Shown: positions 9,712 to 19,058 of the stretch, piece by piece
Position numbering within the stretch: the first letter of the stretch is position 1
Layout: the number at the start of each line of letters is the position of its first letter
Assembly (NCBI GenBank): GCA_001783065.1
Contig: MFQN01000007.1
Coordinates: 1 to 53,676, forward strand
DNA from: Candidatus Magasanikbacteria bacterium RIFCSPLOWO2_12_FULL_43_12
GTDB taxonomy: Bacteria > Patescibacteriota > Patescibacteriia > Magasanikbacterales > UBA922
Length of the DNA: 53,676 nucleotides
Direction: 5' to 3'
Translations under genes and position numbers: made by a program
Notes under the pieces: model-generated
Told to the model about the DNA's origin: nothing
Database searches by the model: none
The model's input: the letters and a program-made list of their open reading frames with translations, nothing else

Positions 9712-10835
9712 AATTGGGAGCTAAAATAAGCCAATATTTTGCTTACCAAAGCATCTAAATCGTGATTCTGCCGCACATACTCAATCGCGGCCTGGTTGGG
9801 AATCTGTTTGATTATACCAGAATTGAAAATTTCTTCAATAGTTTTAGCCAATTCTAAATGATTACCCGCCGGAAAAGCATAAACCAAGCCCTTTTTTGCC
9901 AAATCCGCGTATGCTTCGCTGGAAGTAACCACGATTCTCCCGGCGGCCATCGCCTCCAACACAACTTTGTCCATACTGCCGGTGCGGCTGGTGTGGAGAA
10001 AGATATGGTGCTTTTGATATAAACGCGGCATTTCATTGTAGACAATCTTCTGATGAATAAAACCAGCTCCGGATTCCTTATTATTGATATTAAATTCGAC
10101 ACTCATCTTCTCAATTTTTTTATAATATTCCATATCTGGTCTAGTTATTGGTTCCCCAACAACAGACAAATGAACTGGCTGTGTTACCGTCTTTTTTAAA
10201 TTAGCAATAGCACAAATAGCTACTTCTGGATCTTTCGATAAAGTTACTCGCCCAATCCATAATAATGCGATTTCTCCAGGTTGTGGAGATGGCGACACAT
10301 TGTGGGGCGTCCATTGTTGTTTCGAAAACAAACCAACATCAATTCCATGTCCCACAGCCTCAACTTTTTTACTTCTTAAACGGAAACTTTCCTTTGAGGC
10401 GGTAAAAACTTTGTTCGCGAATAATACGCCTAAGCGCAAGCGTAAATTCACTGTCTTATGCGTGTACCAAAGTAAAACTTTTTTATGCCACAATCGCCAA
10501 AACACTCCGCCTAAAATACAATACTCCGGATTCATGTGAACGAAAACAGCATCATACTCTTTTCTGAATTTCCAAATATATTTATAGAAACGAAACAAAT
10601 ATTTTAATTGGCAAATAAATTTGATATTTGATATTTGATATTTGATATTTTTTCCCAAAGACAACACTTGCACATTATCTGGTAAATTATATTCTCCTTT
10701 CTCCAAACAAATGATAGTCAATTTTTCCACCTGGCCGGCCAAACGCAAAAGCCACTCGTGAAAAAATCCGAGATTAGAATCATTTTTATTTACTTTTTGG
10801 GTGATTACCAATAACTTCATATTTATTTCACACAA
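9708..10835 (-). CDS. glycosyltransferase, GT4-like
   Basis: 375 aa. It has C-terminal GSMDKVVLEAMAAGRIVVTS and contains an in-frame GATATTT x4 array (IKYQISNIKF). Confidence 0.7.
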   Translation of the reverse strand: MCEINMKLLVITQKVNKNDSNLGFFHEWLLRLAGQVEKLTIICLEKGEYNLPDNVQVLSLGKNIKYQISNIKFICQLKYLFRFYKYIWKFRKEYDAVFVHMNPEYCILGGVFWRLWHKKVLLWYTHKTVNLRLRLGVLFANKVFTASKESFRLRSKKVEAVGHGIDVGLFSKQQWTPHNVSPSPQPGEIALLWIGRVTLSKDPEVAICAIANLKKTVTQPVHLSVVGEPITRPDMEYYKKIEKMSVEFNINNKESGAGFIHQKIVYNEMPRLYQKHHIFLHTSRTGSMDKVVLEAMAAGRIVVTSSEAYADLAKKGLVYAFPAGNHLELAKTIEEIFNSGIIKQIPNQAAIEYVRQNHDLDALVSKILAYFSSQL

Positions 10836-11434
10836 AACACATCATAACCGCTGGTTTGATTGCTATCTTGCTTATGAAAAATCCTATCTAACCTGTCAAA
10901 AACACCAGTACGTTTGGAAAAAAACGGCAATAAATTCAGCACTGTCGCGATAGCTCCACGGACATTCTGTAATTCCACACTGCTAAAATCTTTGGTCATG
11001 TATTCCAAACCGTCGCGGGTAAAACGATAAAAATCTTTATAATATCCGCCCAAAGGATGGTAATAATACAAAAACGGCGCGTAAATAAAACAATACCCGC
11101 CGGGCTTAAGAACGCGATGCATTTCCCGCAATGCCTGCCCTGGTTCTTCCACATGTTCCAATACTGCTATGCAAATGAAAGCATCAACGCTGTTGTCCGG
11201 CAAATTTAAATTTTGCACGTCGCCAATAATATCCGGATGATAATCCGCCACCTTATCTAAAATCTTGAAATCAATTTTATCCGCGTACTTCCGCAACCAA
11301 ACATTTCTCCTATCAAAACGGTTAGATTTATTTTTATCTATACGCAAACCTCCGCCGATATCAATCACTATTTTCTTTTCAGTGAAAATTTTAACCATTT
11401 TTTCTTCAAAAAATGAATCCCATTGGTTTTTCAT
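10823..11434 (-). CDS. class I SAM-dependent methyltransferase
   Basis: 203 aa. VIDIGGG (motif I) and DAFICIAVLEHVEEP match Methyltransf_11-type enzymes. Confidence 0.75.
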   Translation of the reverse strand: MKNQWDSFFEEKMVKIFTEKKIVIDIGGGLRIDKNKSNRFDRRNVWLRKYADKIDFKILDKVADYHPDIIGDVQNLNLPDNSVDAFICIAVLEHVEEPGQALREMHRVLKPGGYCFIYAPFLYYYHPLGGYYKDFYRFTRDGLEYMTKDFSSVELQNVRGAIATVLNLLPFFSKRTGVFDRLDRIFHKQDSNQTSGYDVFCVK

Positions 11435-12390
11435 ACATCTAACATCGCTTTAATCCACGCCTCTCTATCGCTGACGGGAATAATTTTTACTCTCTCGCTC
11501 GGCTTCAATTCATAATTCGCCACGCCGACGTCGTTCATAATCACTGGACATCCGGCCGCGTTCGCTTCCATCGCGACGAGACCATAACCTTCGCTTAAAC
11601 TTGGAAATAACAGACAGTCGGCGGTTTTAAGATAGCTGATTGGATCAGTTGTCCAAGGCTCTAATTGGATATTGGATATTGGATATTGGATATTAATTTC
11701 ATCTCTGCCACCGCCCACAATCAGCAACAAATAATTTTTTTGTTTAGTCACTTCTTTAAAAATTTCCACCAACCACTCAATATTTTTAACTGGATCAGGC
11801 CGGCCTAAAACCAAAAAGATTTTTGCATAACCCGGATATTTCTGGTGTAAATCAATCTTTGGCAGGTAATCCTTTATCTTTTCTGTATCAACCGCAATCG
11901 GCTTAACAAAAATTTTATCTTCTCTCACACCCAATTTGACCAAACTCTTTTTTATCCGCTCCCCCGCCACTCTTATCACCTCCGCGCGTCTAATAATAAA
12001 TTTAGCCAGACTTAATCTTATCCACTGCTTCTTATAATAATCGCCCAAAAAATCGCCATGCATCTGCACTTCCAATTTAATTTTAAACTTCCTTTTCAAA
12101 CACCAGCCTGCCAGACCGGTAAAAAACGGGTCTTGTGTCGTGATTAATTCAATTCCATCATACTCCTTTACTATTTTACTTCCTAATTTTATTAAACGAA
12201 AAAGCCGTTGTATTTTGTACCCGCCGGTTGATTGAACGTGGACGGTCAGACTCAAATCAAAAATGTTTTTTTCTTTATCCGGTATAATAATAAACAGCTC
12301 GTCTTTTTTCCCATACTCAACCATGCGTCTGGCGACGATAGAATCTGTATTCAAAATGTTTTTGTCAAGACTGATCATCAGCTGTGGCAT
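11431..12390 (-). CDS. glycosyltransferase, GT4-like
   Basis: 319 aa. It has PSLSEGYGLVAMEANAAGCPVI and contains an in-frame ATTGGAT x4 array (IQYPISNIQL). Confidence 0.7.
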   Translation of the reverse strand: MPQLMISLDKNILNTDSIVARRMVEYGKKDELFIIIPDKEKNIFDLSLTVHVQSTGGYKIQRLFRLIKLGSKIVKEYDGIELITTQDPFFTGLAGWCLKRKFKIKLEVQMHGDFLGDYYKKQWIRLSLAKFIIRRAEVIRVAGERIKKSLVKLGVREDKIFVKPIAVDTEKIKDYLPKIDLHQKYPGYAKIFLVLGRPDPVKNIEWLVEIFKEVTKQKNYLLLIVGGGRDEINIQYPISNIQLEPWTTDPISYLKTADCLLFPSLSEGYGLVAMEANAAGCPVIMNDVGVANYELKPSERVKIIPVSDREAWIKAMLDV

Positions 12391-13481
12391 ACTTTCTCTA
12401 ATAACTCTTTAGTTCGGAAAATCATATTATCCATCTTAAATCTATCAAAAAAATCTATCCGCCCATTTTGACTTAACATCTCATTATTGGTAATTCCCGT
12501 CTTAAAAAGCGAACTGATTTTATTTTTGATCTCCTCTCTGTCATTATATTCAAACAAATCGCCGGTTTTACTTGAAACAACTATCTCCGAATTGCCGCCG
12601 CTCCGACTAGCCAAAACCGGTCGGCCAAAACTCAAAGCTTCCAAAATCACATGCGACAATCCTTCGTAGCCGCTATTTAAGATAAAAATATCAGCGGAGT
12701 GGATAAAAGATAGTGTTTTTTCATGCGAAAGCTCTCCGCCCATCTCCACACTATTCCCCAAATCGTAATTCCTAATTTCTAATTCCAACTTATCCCTTTC
12801 CGGACCGCCGCCAACAATCTTTAGCTTTAAATCTGGAAATTCTTTCAATAAATCCGGCATTATTTCAATTAGAGCATCAAAGCCTTTCCACGGCACCAAA
12901 CGACCAACCGACACCAACCACCTCTCGTTGTCGTGTTTAATTGGAGCCGCTGTTTTAAATTCCACTTCGTTATAAACCACCTCTATTTTCTTCTCGTCCA
13001 CTCCCCATTTCATCACAACTTTCCTTAAATATTCACTTGGAGTAATAATTTTATCCGCTTCTTCGGCAACTAGTTTTTCCGTCCAACGCAATAATTTAAC
13101 TTGCCAAGGATAATCTTTCTTCAATAAAAAAATGTCCAACAATTCTTTTATTCCGAACCTCTGAACCCCTTGTTCCCACGCGTAATCGCCGACAATTTTT
13201 AAAACAAATTTTTTACGTAAAATTTTTGCGGCCAGCATTGACGGCAAACCGACACTTATCGGATCCTGCGCGAATATCACCTCCGCTTTTCTACCCAATT
13301 TTAAAACTTTAAAAAAATAAACTAAATGGCGAATAAATCTAGGCAGTTTTCTTACTAAACCAAAACTCAACACTGCAACTCGCACGCCGCGTATGGACAA
13401 CTCTTCCGCCAATATTTTACTGTATGTCGCCGGCCCGCCAATATCAGGCGGAAACAATCCGGTCGTAATGAGGAGTTTCAT
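12378..13481 (-). CDS. glycosyltransferase, GT4
   Basis: 367 aa. It has GGPATYSKILAEEL, VGRLVPWKGFD and SGYEGLSHVILEALSFGRPVL. Confidence 0.8.
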   Translation of the reverse strand: MKLLITTGLFPPDIGGPATYSKILAEELSIRGVRVAVLSFGLVRKLPRFIRHLVYFFKVLKLGRKAEVIFAQDPISVGLPSMLAAKILRKKFVLKIVGDYAWEQGVQRFGIKELLDIFLLKKDYPWQVKLLRWTEKLVAEEADKIITPSEYLRKVVMKWGVDEKKIEVVYNEVEFKTAAPIKHDNERWLVSVGRLVPWKGFDALIEIMPDLLKEFPDLKLKIVGGGPERDKLELEIRNYDLGNSVEMGGELSHEKTLSFIHSADIFILNSGYEGLSHVILEALSFGRPVLASRSGGNSEIVVSSKTGDLFEYNDREEIKNKISSLFKTGITNNEMLSQNGRIDFFDRFKMDNMIFRTKELLEKVCHS

Positions 13482-14611
13482 AAACTTTCAAAAATATCTC
13501 GCATTTTACCAGCAATCAAATCCCAACTGTATTTTTCTTTAACCAATCTTCTGCCATTCGCAATCAATTTCTCTCTCAAATTTATATCTGTCAATATTTT
13601 TTTAATATTTTCGCTAATATTTTTTGGATTCCCGACGTCGCAAAACAATCCGGTCTCATTATTTTTCAAAAAATCAGGAATCCCGCCGACTCTCGTCCCG
13701 ACAATCGGCAAACCAGCCGCCATCGCTTCCAAAAATACATTGCCCAAACCTTCACTCAAACTTGGCCGGCAGAAGACATCGCTCGCCTGTAAATATGGCA
13801 ATAGCTCGTCATGATTTAAATGACCTAAAAAATGCACTCTGCCCGCTAATCCAATGTTGTTCACTAATAAAACTAATTTGTCCTTCAAAACTCCATCGCC
13901 GGCAATCAAAAGATGCGCGTTGCCGTCTAAATATTTCATCGCTTTTACCAAATCCCACACCCCGTTCTTCTTCACCAACCGTGATACTGTAATTACAATT
14001 TTATCATCTTTCTTAATACTCAGATTCTTTCTAACATTATCTCCTATCTCATATCTCTTATCTCCGATATCTTTAAACTTATCCACATCAACTCCATTAG
14101 GAATTACTTCAATATTATTTTTCGCACCCAAATCTCTCGCCCAATCCGCCAAATAACTGCTAATCGCCTGTATTTTATCCGCCTTTTTAAAAATCTGTTT
14201 AAAATACGGCCAGCACCACCAAACATGTTTGTAGATCTGCCACCGGCTGTCCCCCTCTTGCAGTGTGAGTAAAAACGGCATATTCATATTCTGCTTTTTA
14301 AAGCGCAATGCCGCGAAACCAGCATAACTCGCCATAATACCCCAAATCGCGTCAAAATGGCCTAATTTGGAGCTATAACGACCTCCCGGCGCTATCAGCC
14401 GATATTTATCCCAATGATTGCCGTTTCCCAAACGATGCACTTCAATATTACCGACTTTCTCCACATCAAGCAGATCCGAACGCAGCTTCGCGGTTATCAT
14501 TACAAACTCATAATCCGGCAATCTATCGGTTATCTCTTTCACTGCCACTTCCGCGCCGCCGACGAACGGAAAATACGCGGTGGAAAAAATCAAGATTCTT
14601 TTTTTTGGCAT
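13478..14611 (-). CDS. glycosyltransferase, GT4
   Basis: 377 aa. It has GGAEVAVKEI, VSRLVKKNGV and PSLSEGLGNVFLEAMAAGLPIVGT. Confidence 0.8.
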   Translation of the reverse strand: MPKKRILIFSTAYFPFVGGAEVAVKEITDRLPDYEFVMITAKLRSDLLDVEKVGNIEVHRLGNGNHWDKYRLIAPGGRYSSKLGHFDAIWGIMASYAGFAALRFKKQNMNMPFLLTLQEGDSRWQIYKHVWWCWPYFKQIFKKADKIQAISSYLADWARDLGAKNNIEVIPNGVDVDKFKDIGDKRYEIGDNVRKNLSIKKDDKIVITVSRLVKKNGVWDLVKAMKYLDGNAHLLIAGDGVLKDKLVLLVNNIGLAGRVHFLGHLNHDELLPYLQASDVFCRPSLSEGLGNVFLEAMAAGLPIVGTRVGGIPDFLKNNETGLFCDVGNPKNISENIKKILTDINLREKLIANGRRLVKEKYSWDLIAGKMRDIFESL

Positions 14612-14617
14612 AAAAAA

Positions 14618-15052
14618 CTACTTTCCGGTGTTGTTATGCCGGTATATCTTATACCACCCTGCCGCGCCTCCCCCTGCCAACCCAAAAAACATGTCGCCAA
14701 CCACATCCGCGGATCCGAACTGCCATTCAGTATGGAAAAAATAATCTGACGCAAACTCATAAAATTCCCAAACAATCGCCGTGAAACTTACAATTCCAAT
14801 AATCCACAAGAGAGAGAAAATTTTGTTTATCTTCGCGGTTTTTAAACTGCCACATTTATACCGCCACCATAATACCGCGCTTACGGCGATACTGGCTCCG
14901 CCAATGAAATGCATTGGGATGTCCAACAATGGAAACATTTTATACAAATCAAAGGGGATATTGATAAGTTTATCAAGTGTAAAGACAACAATCGGAAAAC
15001 GCAGGATAAAAAATAATTTTTTAAACTCGCTATAACTCATATTAATCCGCAT
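14618..15052 (-). CDS. small integral membrane protein, function unknown
   Basis: 144-aa ORF with about four hydrophobic spans. I recognise no motif. Confidence 0.45.
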   Translation of the reverse strand: MRINMSYSEFKKLFFILRFPIVVFTLDKLINIPFDLYKMFPLLDIPMHFIGGASIAVSAVLWWRYKCGSLKTAKINKIFSLLWIIGIVSFTAIVWEFYEFASDYFFHTEWQFGSADVVGDMFFGLAGGGAAGWYKIYRHNNTGK

Positions 15053-16028
15053 AATTCATCCTAATCTTAAAATCTTCTATTGTTTTTCTTAACCCGCTAT
15101 CTAAATTAATTTTCGGACTCCAATCTAACTTCTTCCCCGCTTTGGCAATATCCGGACAACGTTGTTTTGGGTCATCCTCCGGCAAATTTCTATAAACCAT
15201 CTTTGACTTACTGCCGGTTATTACTAAAATTTCCTCTGCCAGCTCTTTGATAGTAAATTCTTTGGGATTGCCGAGGTTTATTGGACCCGTTATGTTTTTG
15301 TCAGAATCCATCAACTTAACCAGACCAATGATCAAATCATCAACATAACAAAAACTCCGCGTCTGACTGCCGTCTCCATAAATAGTAATATCCTCGCCTT
15401 TCAGCGCCTGCACGATAAAATTTGAAACAACCCTGCCGTCAACGAATGACATTCTCGGACCATAAGTATTGAAAATCCGCGCCACTTTTATTTCCATGCC
15501 ATGCATGCGATGATAATCAAAAAACAAAGTCTCCGCGCAACGCTTCCCTTCATCATAACAAGCCCGCGGACCGATCGGATTAACATTGCCGCGATACTCT
15601 TCGGTTTGCGGATGAACTTCGGGGTCGCCATAGACTTCAGATGTGGATGCTTGCAAAATCCGCGCTCCATGTTTTCGCGCTAATCCCAACATATTTATCA
15701 CCCCGACAGTGTTGGCTTTGATGGTATGAACCGCGTTGTGTTGATAGTGAATCGGCGAAGCCGGACAGGCTAAATTGTAAACCTGGTCTATTTTACTGGA
15801 TTCCCGCGTCCGCGGGAATGACAAAACAGTATCATCCAAAAATAACGGTTCAACTATGTCATGCTTGATAAATTTGAAATTAGCATTACCAAATAAATGT
15901 TTTATATTGTCCTCCGAACCAGTAAATAAGTCATCCACACAGACGACGCGATTACCCTTTTTCAACAAGTAATCGCACAAATGAGAACCGATAAATCCGG
16001 CCCCGCCAGTAATTAAAATTTTTTTCAT
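15042..16028 (-). CDS. UDP-glucuronate decarboxylase (UDP-xylose synthase-type SDR)
   Basis: 328 aa. It has [35 protein letters not shown] and [10 protein letters not shown]. It carries a short in-frame hairpin insertion (SFPRTRESS). Confidence 0.85.
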   Translation of the reverse strand: MKKILITGGAGFIGSHLCDYLLKKGNRVVCVDDLFTGSEDNIKHLFGNANFKFIKHDIVEPLFLDDTVLSFPRTRESSKIDQVYNLACPASPIHYQHNAVHTIKANTVGVINMLGLARKHGARILQASTSEVYGDPEVHPQTEEYRGNVNPIGPRACYDEGKRCAETLFFDYHRMHGMEIKVARIFNTYGPRMSFVDGRVVSNFIVQALKGEDITIYGDGSQTRSFCYVDDLIIGLVKLMDSDKNITGPINLGNPKEFTIKELAEEILVITGSKSKMVYRNLPEDDPKQRCPDIAKAGKKLDWSPKINLDSGLRKTIEDFKIRMNYAD

Positions 16029-16114
16029 ACACGAAAATTAAGCTATGAAAAGCCATTTTCTCATTAAAAACTAAAACCATTATCTCAACAATTAACAAAA
16101 AAGTCAAATCAACA

Positions 16115-16146
16115 AAATCCTCCCCGATGTACATCGGGGAGGATTT
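16115..16146 (-). terminator. rho-independent terminator downstream of 16173-17573
   Basis: Perfect 14-bp stem AAATCCTCCCCGAT / ATCGGGGAGGATTT around loop GTAC. On the minus strand it is followed by TTTTGTTGATTT. Confidence 0.75.
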
Positions 16147-16172
16147 AATTTTACTACTGTTAGCAGATCTCT

Positions 16173-17573
16173 TTAGTTTTCAAGTTTCGCGCCTTCCGTA
16201 TAAACTTCCGTATCCTTAACTATCACTATCCTATCCCAGCGGAAATTCAGTTTATTGAATGCTTTTTCATCCGGTATCCAACGTCTTACCTGCTTGGTGG
16301 AATCGGTTGGATTGGGCTCAAGACGATAGACCTTTGGGGAACCGGCGTATTTCACCAAAGTATAATTTGGATGATGGTCTTTGTAGCCAATTTCACTGCC
16401 TATCGTGTATTTATCAAGCAAAGCTTTGTCTATATCTTCTATCCAGTTCCATGAATAACCCAAACCTTCAAATACATCTTCCGCGGTTATCCAATACCTT
16501 TCCGTGCCAAGCAATAGATACACTTTCGGGTCCGTAACTATTTTCACTAACGCGCCGTATTTGGGATCGTATTTCGGTCCCCATGGCATGAATCCCAGAG
16601 TGTCTTTCGCAAGACTGTCAATGGTTGCTTTACTTGCTGTCTTTACATCTTTCCAAGAATCAAAGTAGGTAAAAAATACATTTGACTTGCTAAACGGCCG
16701 TTTGGCGCAGTCAGAAGTAATATAATAAACTGCCGGACTATTCGCAATCTTATAAGCTCCGCCCTTTTCCAGGGCGCAACTCACCTTTACCGCTGTTCCA
16801 GTCGTCGGAGTAGCAGTTCCAGCTTTTATTTCAGTTGTTGGAGTTGTTGGAGTCGTCGGCGTAGTTTGAGTACCTGTGGTCGTGAACGTTTTGTCAGTAT
16901 AAGAACTAACATTCCCGGTAGCATCCTTGGACTTCACCTGATAATGGTAGGTGGTTCCCGAAGTCAAACCAGTGAAAGTTACGGAGTGAGCAGTTGCATA
17001 CGCTGTCGTCTTCTTTTCTGAACCATACGCAGAGGTTGTGCCATATAACAGCCAAGTAAGCGAAGCTTCGTTCGTACTCCACGAAATGGTCGCTTGGGTG
17101 TCGGTAACCGTGGCCGCGACACCACTAATAGCTGGCGCGATCAAATCAGCGCCTCCACCACCTCCACCACCTCCACCAGTATCGCCGCTAACACCGCTGC
17201 CGCAGAGAATTGTGCTTACGCTAATGCTTGGCGTGCCGCTAATGCCAGAACAATTAAGGCTTACGTAAGACTCGCTGGAATTACATTCAACATTGGTTTC
17301 AGTACAATTATGAGAACTAGCAACAAACTTTATTTTGCCAGCATAAGAGAGTTTCAACGAAGAGCCATCACCGACCACGAAATCAACTGACCCAACGCCC
17401 ACAGTGTAAGATTCTACTTCTGAAGTTGAAGCTAATGTGTAACTGTGTTCCCTATCAGCAATATATATTAACACGTCGCTGGAGTGAGTGACGGTGTTAT
17501 AAGCCGCAAGCGCTATTGCCGGCACAAACACCGCCAGAGCCAACAATACCAGAAAATATTTCAGCTTATACAT
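16173..17573 (-). CDS. secreted protein with an FN3 domain, a poly-Gly/Thr-Pro linker and a C-terminal triple xVYY module
   Basis: The ORF track gives 16173-17615. The likely start is MYKLKYFLVLLALAVFVPAIALAA (signal peptide, ATG at 17573). An FN3-like segment reads ISWSTNEASLTWLLYGTTSAYG...YHYQVKSKDATGN, and the GGGGGGGG and TPTTPTTPTT stretches are linkers. Confidence 0.7.
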   Translation of the reverse strand: MYKLKYFLVLLALAVFVPAIALAAYNTVTHSSDVLIYIADREHSYTLASTSEVESYTVGVGSVDFVVGDGSSLKLSYAGKIKFVASSHNCTETNVECNSSESYVSLNCSGISGTPSISVSTILCGSGVSGDTGGGGGGGGGADLIAPAISGVAATVTDTQATISWSTNEASLTWLLYGTTSAYGSEKKTTAYATAHSVTFTGLTSGTTYHYQVKSKDATGNVSSYTDKTFTTTGTQTTPTTPTTPTTEIKAGTATPTTGTAVKVSCALEKGGAYKIANSPAVYYITSDCAKRPFSKSNVFFTYFDSWKDVKTASKATIDSLAKDTLGFMPWGPKYDPKYGALVKIVTDPKVYLLLGTERYWITAEDVFEGLGYSWNWIEDIDKALLDKYTIGSEIGYKDHHPNYTLVKYAGSPKVYRLEPNPTDSTKQVRRWIPDEKAFNKLNFRWDRIVIVKDTEVYTEGAKLEN

Positions 17574-17605
17574 AAAATTCTTGTAATAAATCCTGTGGAA
17601 TAAAA

Positions 17606-18679
17606 CTAGAAACAAGACACTGTCGACGTGGCAAACGGCTGATTGTTTGGCTGGTTAGCCGCCAAAACCACATAAACCCCGATGCCGTTTTCCTGAACAG
17701 CATACATACAGAACTTGCCGACTGAAATGGTTGAGGAAGTGGACAAACCACCTGCTCCGACTGACAGTTGTCCGTAAGGCGTTGAAGACACAACGCCAAC
17801 TTTATTCGTGGTAGCATTTACGACCAAACTATCAGTGTCTATCGTAACTGTCCCAAAAACAGTCAAAGTGCCGGTTGCTGAAACATTTCCCGAAGAATCA
17901 ACACTGAAGTAGCCGGAATCATAGGTGTTTAAAACCTTATTAAGGTTGAAAGCGGTCCTGGAAAGTGTTGAGGTTGAATCAATGCCATTGGAGACTGTCA
18001 ATGTTCCCAATCTTCCTGTTACCGTAATATCATCATTCACCGCGTTGCCGAGAGTGACTGCGCCGTCTAGAGTGGTGGCGCCAACAGCCTTTAATGTGCC
18101 GGAAGCATTGACATTTCCCGAAGAATCAACACTGAAGTAGCCGGAATCATAGGTGTTAAGTACCTGATTAACATTAAGAGCAGTCCTGGAAAGTGTTGAG
18201 GTTGAATCAATGCCATTGGAGATTGTCAATGTTCCCAATCTTCCTGTTACCGTAATGTTATCATTCACCGCGTTGCCGAGTGTGACTGCGCCGTCTAGAG
18301 TGGTGGCGCCAACAGCCTTTAATGTGCCGGAAGCATTGACATTTCCCGAAGAATCAACACTGAAGTAACCGGAGTCATAAGTGTTAAGAACCTTATTAAG
18401 GTTGAAAGCAGTCCTGGAAAGTGTTGAGGTTGAATCAATGCCATTGGAGATTGTTAATGCTCCCAGTCTTCCACTAACAGTTATGTCATCATTCACCGCG
18501 TTGCCGAGTGTGACTGCGCCGTCTAAAGTGGTGGCGCCGGTAACGCCTAATGTTCCCCCGACTGATGTATTGTTGCCAACGCTGGTAGCGCCAAATACTA
18601 AAGCTGGCGCTAACACCAACCCTGCCACCACCAACAAGAGGCAAAACATTCTTCTTCTGTTGTACATAAAGTTGTACAT
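17606..18679 (-). CDS. secreted tandem-repeat protein (3 x 76 aa)
   Basis: 357 aa. It has a signal peptide (MFCLLLVVAGLVLAPALVFG) and three near-identical units: GATTLDGAVTLGNAVNDDITV(S/T)GRLG(A/T)LT(I/V)SNGIDSTSTLSRTA(F/L)N(L/V)N(K/Q)VLNTYDSGYFSVDSSGNV. Confidence 0.7.
   Translation of the reverse strand: MYNFMYNRRRMFCLLLVVAGLVLAPALVFGATSVGNNTSVGGTLGVTGATTLDGAVTLGNAVNDDITVSGRLGALTISNGIDSTSTLSRTAFNLNKVLNTYDSGYFSVDSSGNVNASGTLKAVGATTLDGAVTLGNAVNDNITVTGRLGTLTISNGIDSTSTLSRTALNVNQVLNTYDSGYFSVDSSGNVNASGTLKAVGATTLDGAVTLGNAVNDDITVTGRLGTLTVSNGIDSTSTLSRTAFNLNKVLNTYDSGYFSVDSSGNVSATGTLTVFGTVTIDTDSLVVNATTNKVGVVSSTPYGQLSVGAGGLSTSSTISVGKFCMYAVQENGIGVYVVLAANQPNNQPFATSTVSCF
17870..18560. repeat. tandem DNA repeat, about 228 bp x 3 (approximate bounds), inside CDS 17606-18679
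   Basis: The string GACATTTCCCGAAGAATCAACACTGAAGTA(G/A)CCGGA recurs near 18111 and 18339, and a close variant (AACATTTCCCGAAGAATCAACACTGAAGTAGCCGGA) near 17883. The spacing is 228 bp. Confidence 0.8.
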
Positions 18680-18746
18680 ATTAAAAATGAAGCTTAATTA
18701 ATAAATTAAAAAATTTTCGTCTTAGTTAAAAATAAATTCTGTTAAT

Positions 18747-18755
18747 AGTATAGCA
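18747..18755 (-). promoter_or_regulatory. extended -10 promoter element (TGCTATACT on the minus strand) for 17606-18679
   Basis: The plus strand reads AGTATAGCA. The same 9-mer lies upstream of the sigma gene at 29186-29194, and TGCTATAAT lies upstream of lemA. Confidence 0.5.
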
Positions 18756-18910
18756 TAAATCGCGCAAGCAATCCAAAGTGAGAGGGTGTGGATAACTTTT
18801 TTTCTCTTTCCCCTATTTGCCAAAATGCGTTTTTATTACTATACTGGACATATTACTTGTAAGATTTAATAGCGTTGTATACAGTTTCACAACTGTTAAA
18901 CGGCTAATCT

Positions 18911-19006
18911 GTCATTGCGAGGAGCTCGCGCGACGAAGCAATCCAGCAATCGCATTAGAACGCGATAACGGTGTGGATTGCTTCGCCTGCGAAGGCTCGC
19001 AATGAC
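18911..19006. repeat. nested-palindrome element, copy A (GTCATTGCGAG...CTCGCAATGAC family)
   Basis: Outer inverted repeat GTCATTGCGAG / CTCGCAATGAC; inner inverted repeat GAAGCAATCC / GGATTGCTTC. It is intergenic, just upstream of the GT start at 19059. Confidence 0.85.
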
Positions 19007-19058
19007 TTACGAAAGTGTAAATAACGCTGGCGATTCTTACATATTGCTGAATAAAAAT

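Noticed and set aside
18978-19058. An N-terminal extension MLRLRRLAMTYESV... on the GT gene, and the analogous MLHLRRLAMTETAV at 28372-28413.
   Set aside because: Both are read from the right arm of the palindromic repeat element (CTCGCAATGAC region). The identical peptide on two unrelated proteins shows that it is a repeat artefact. Downstream ATGs give canonical N-termini.
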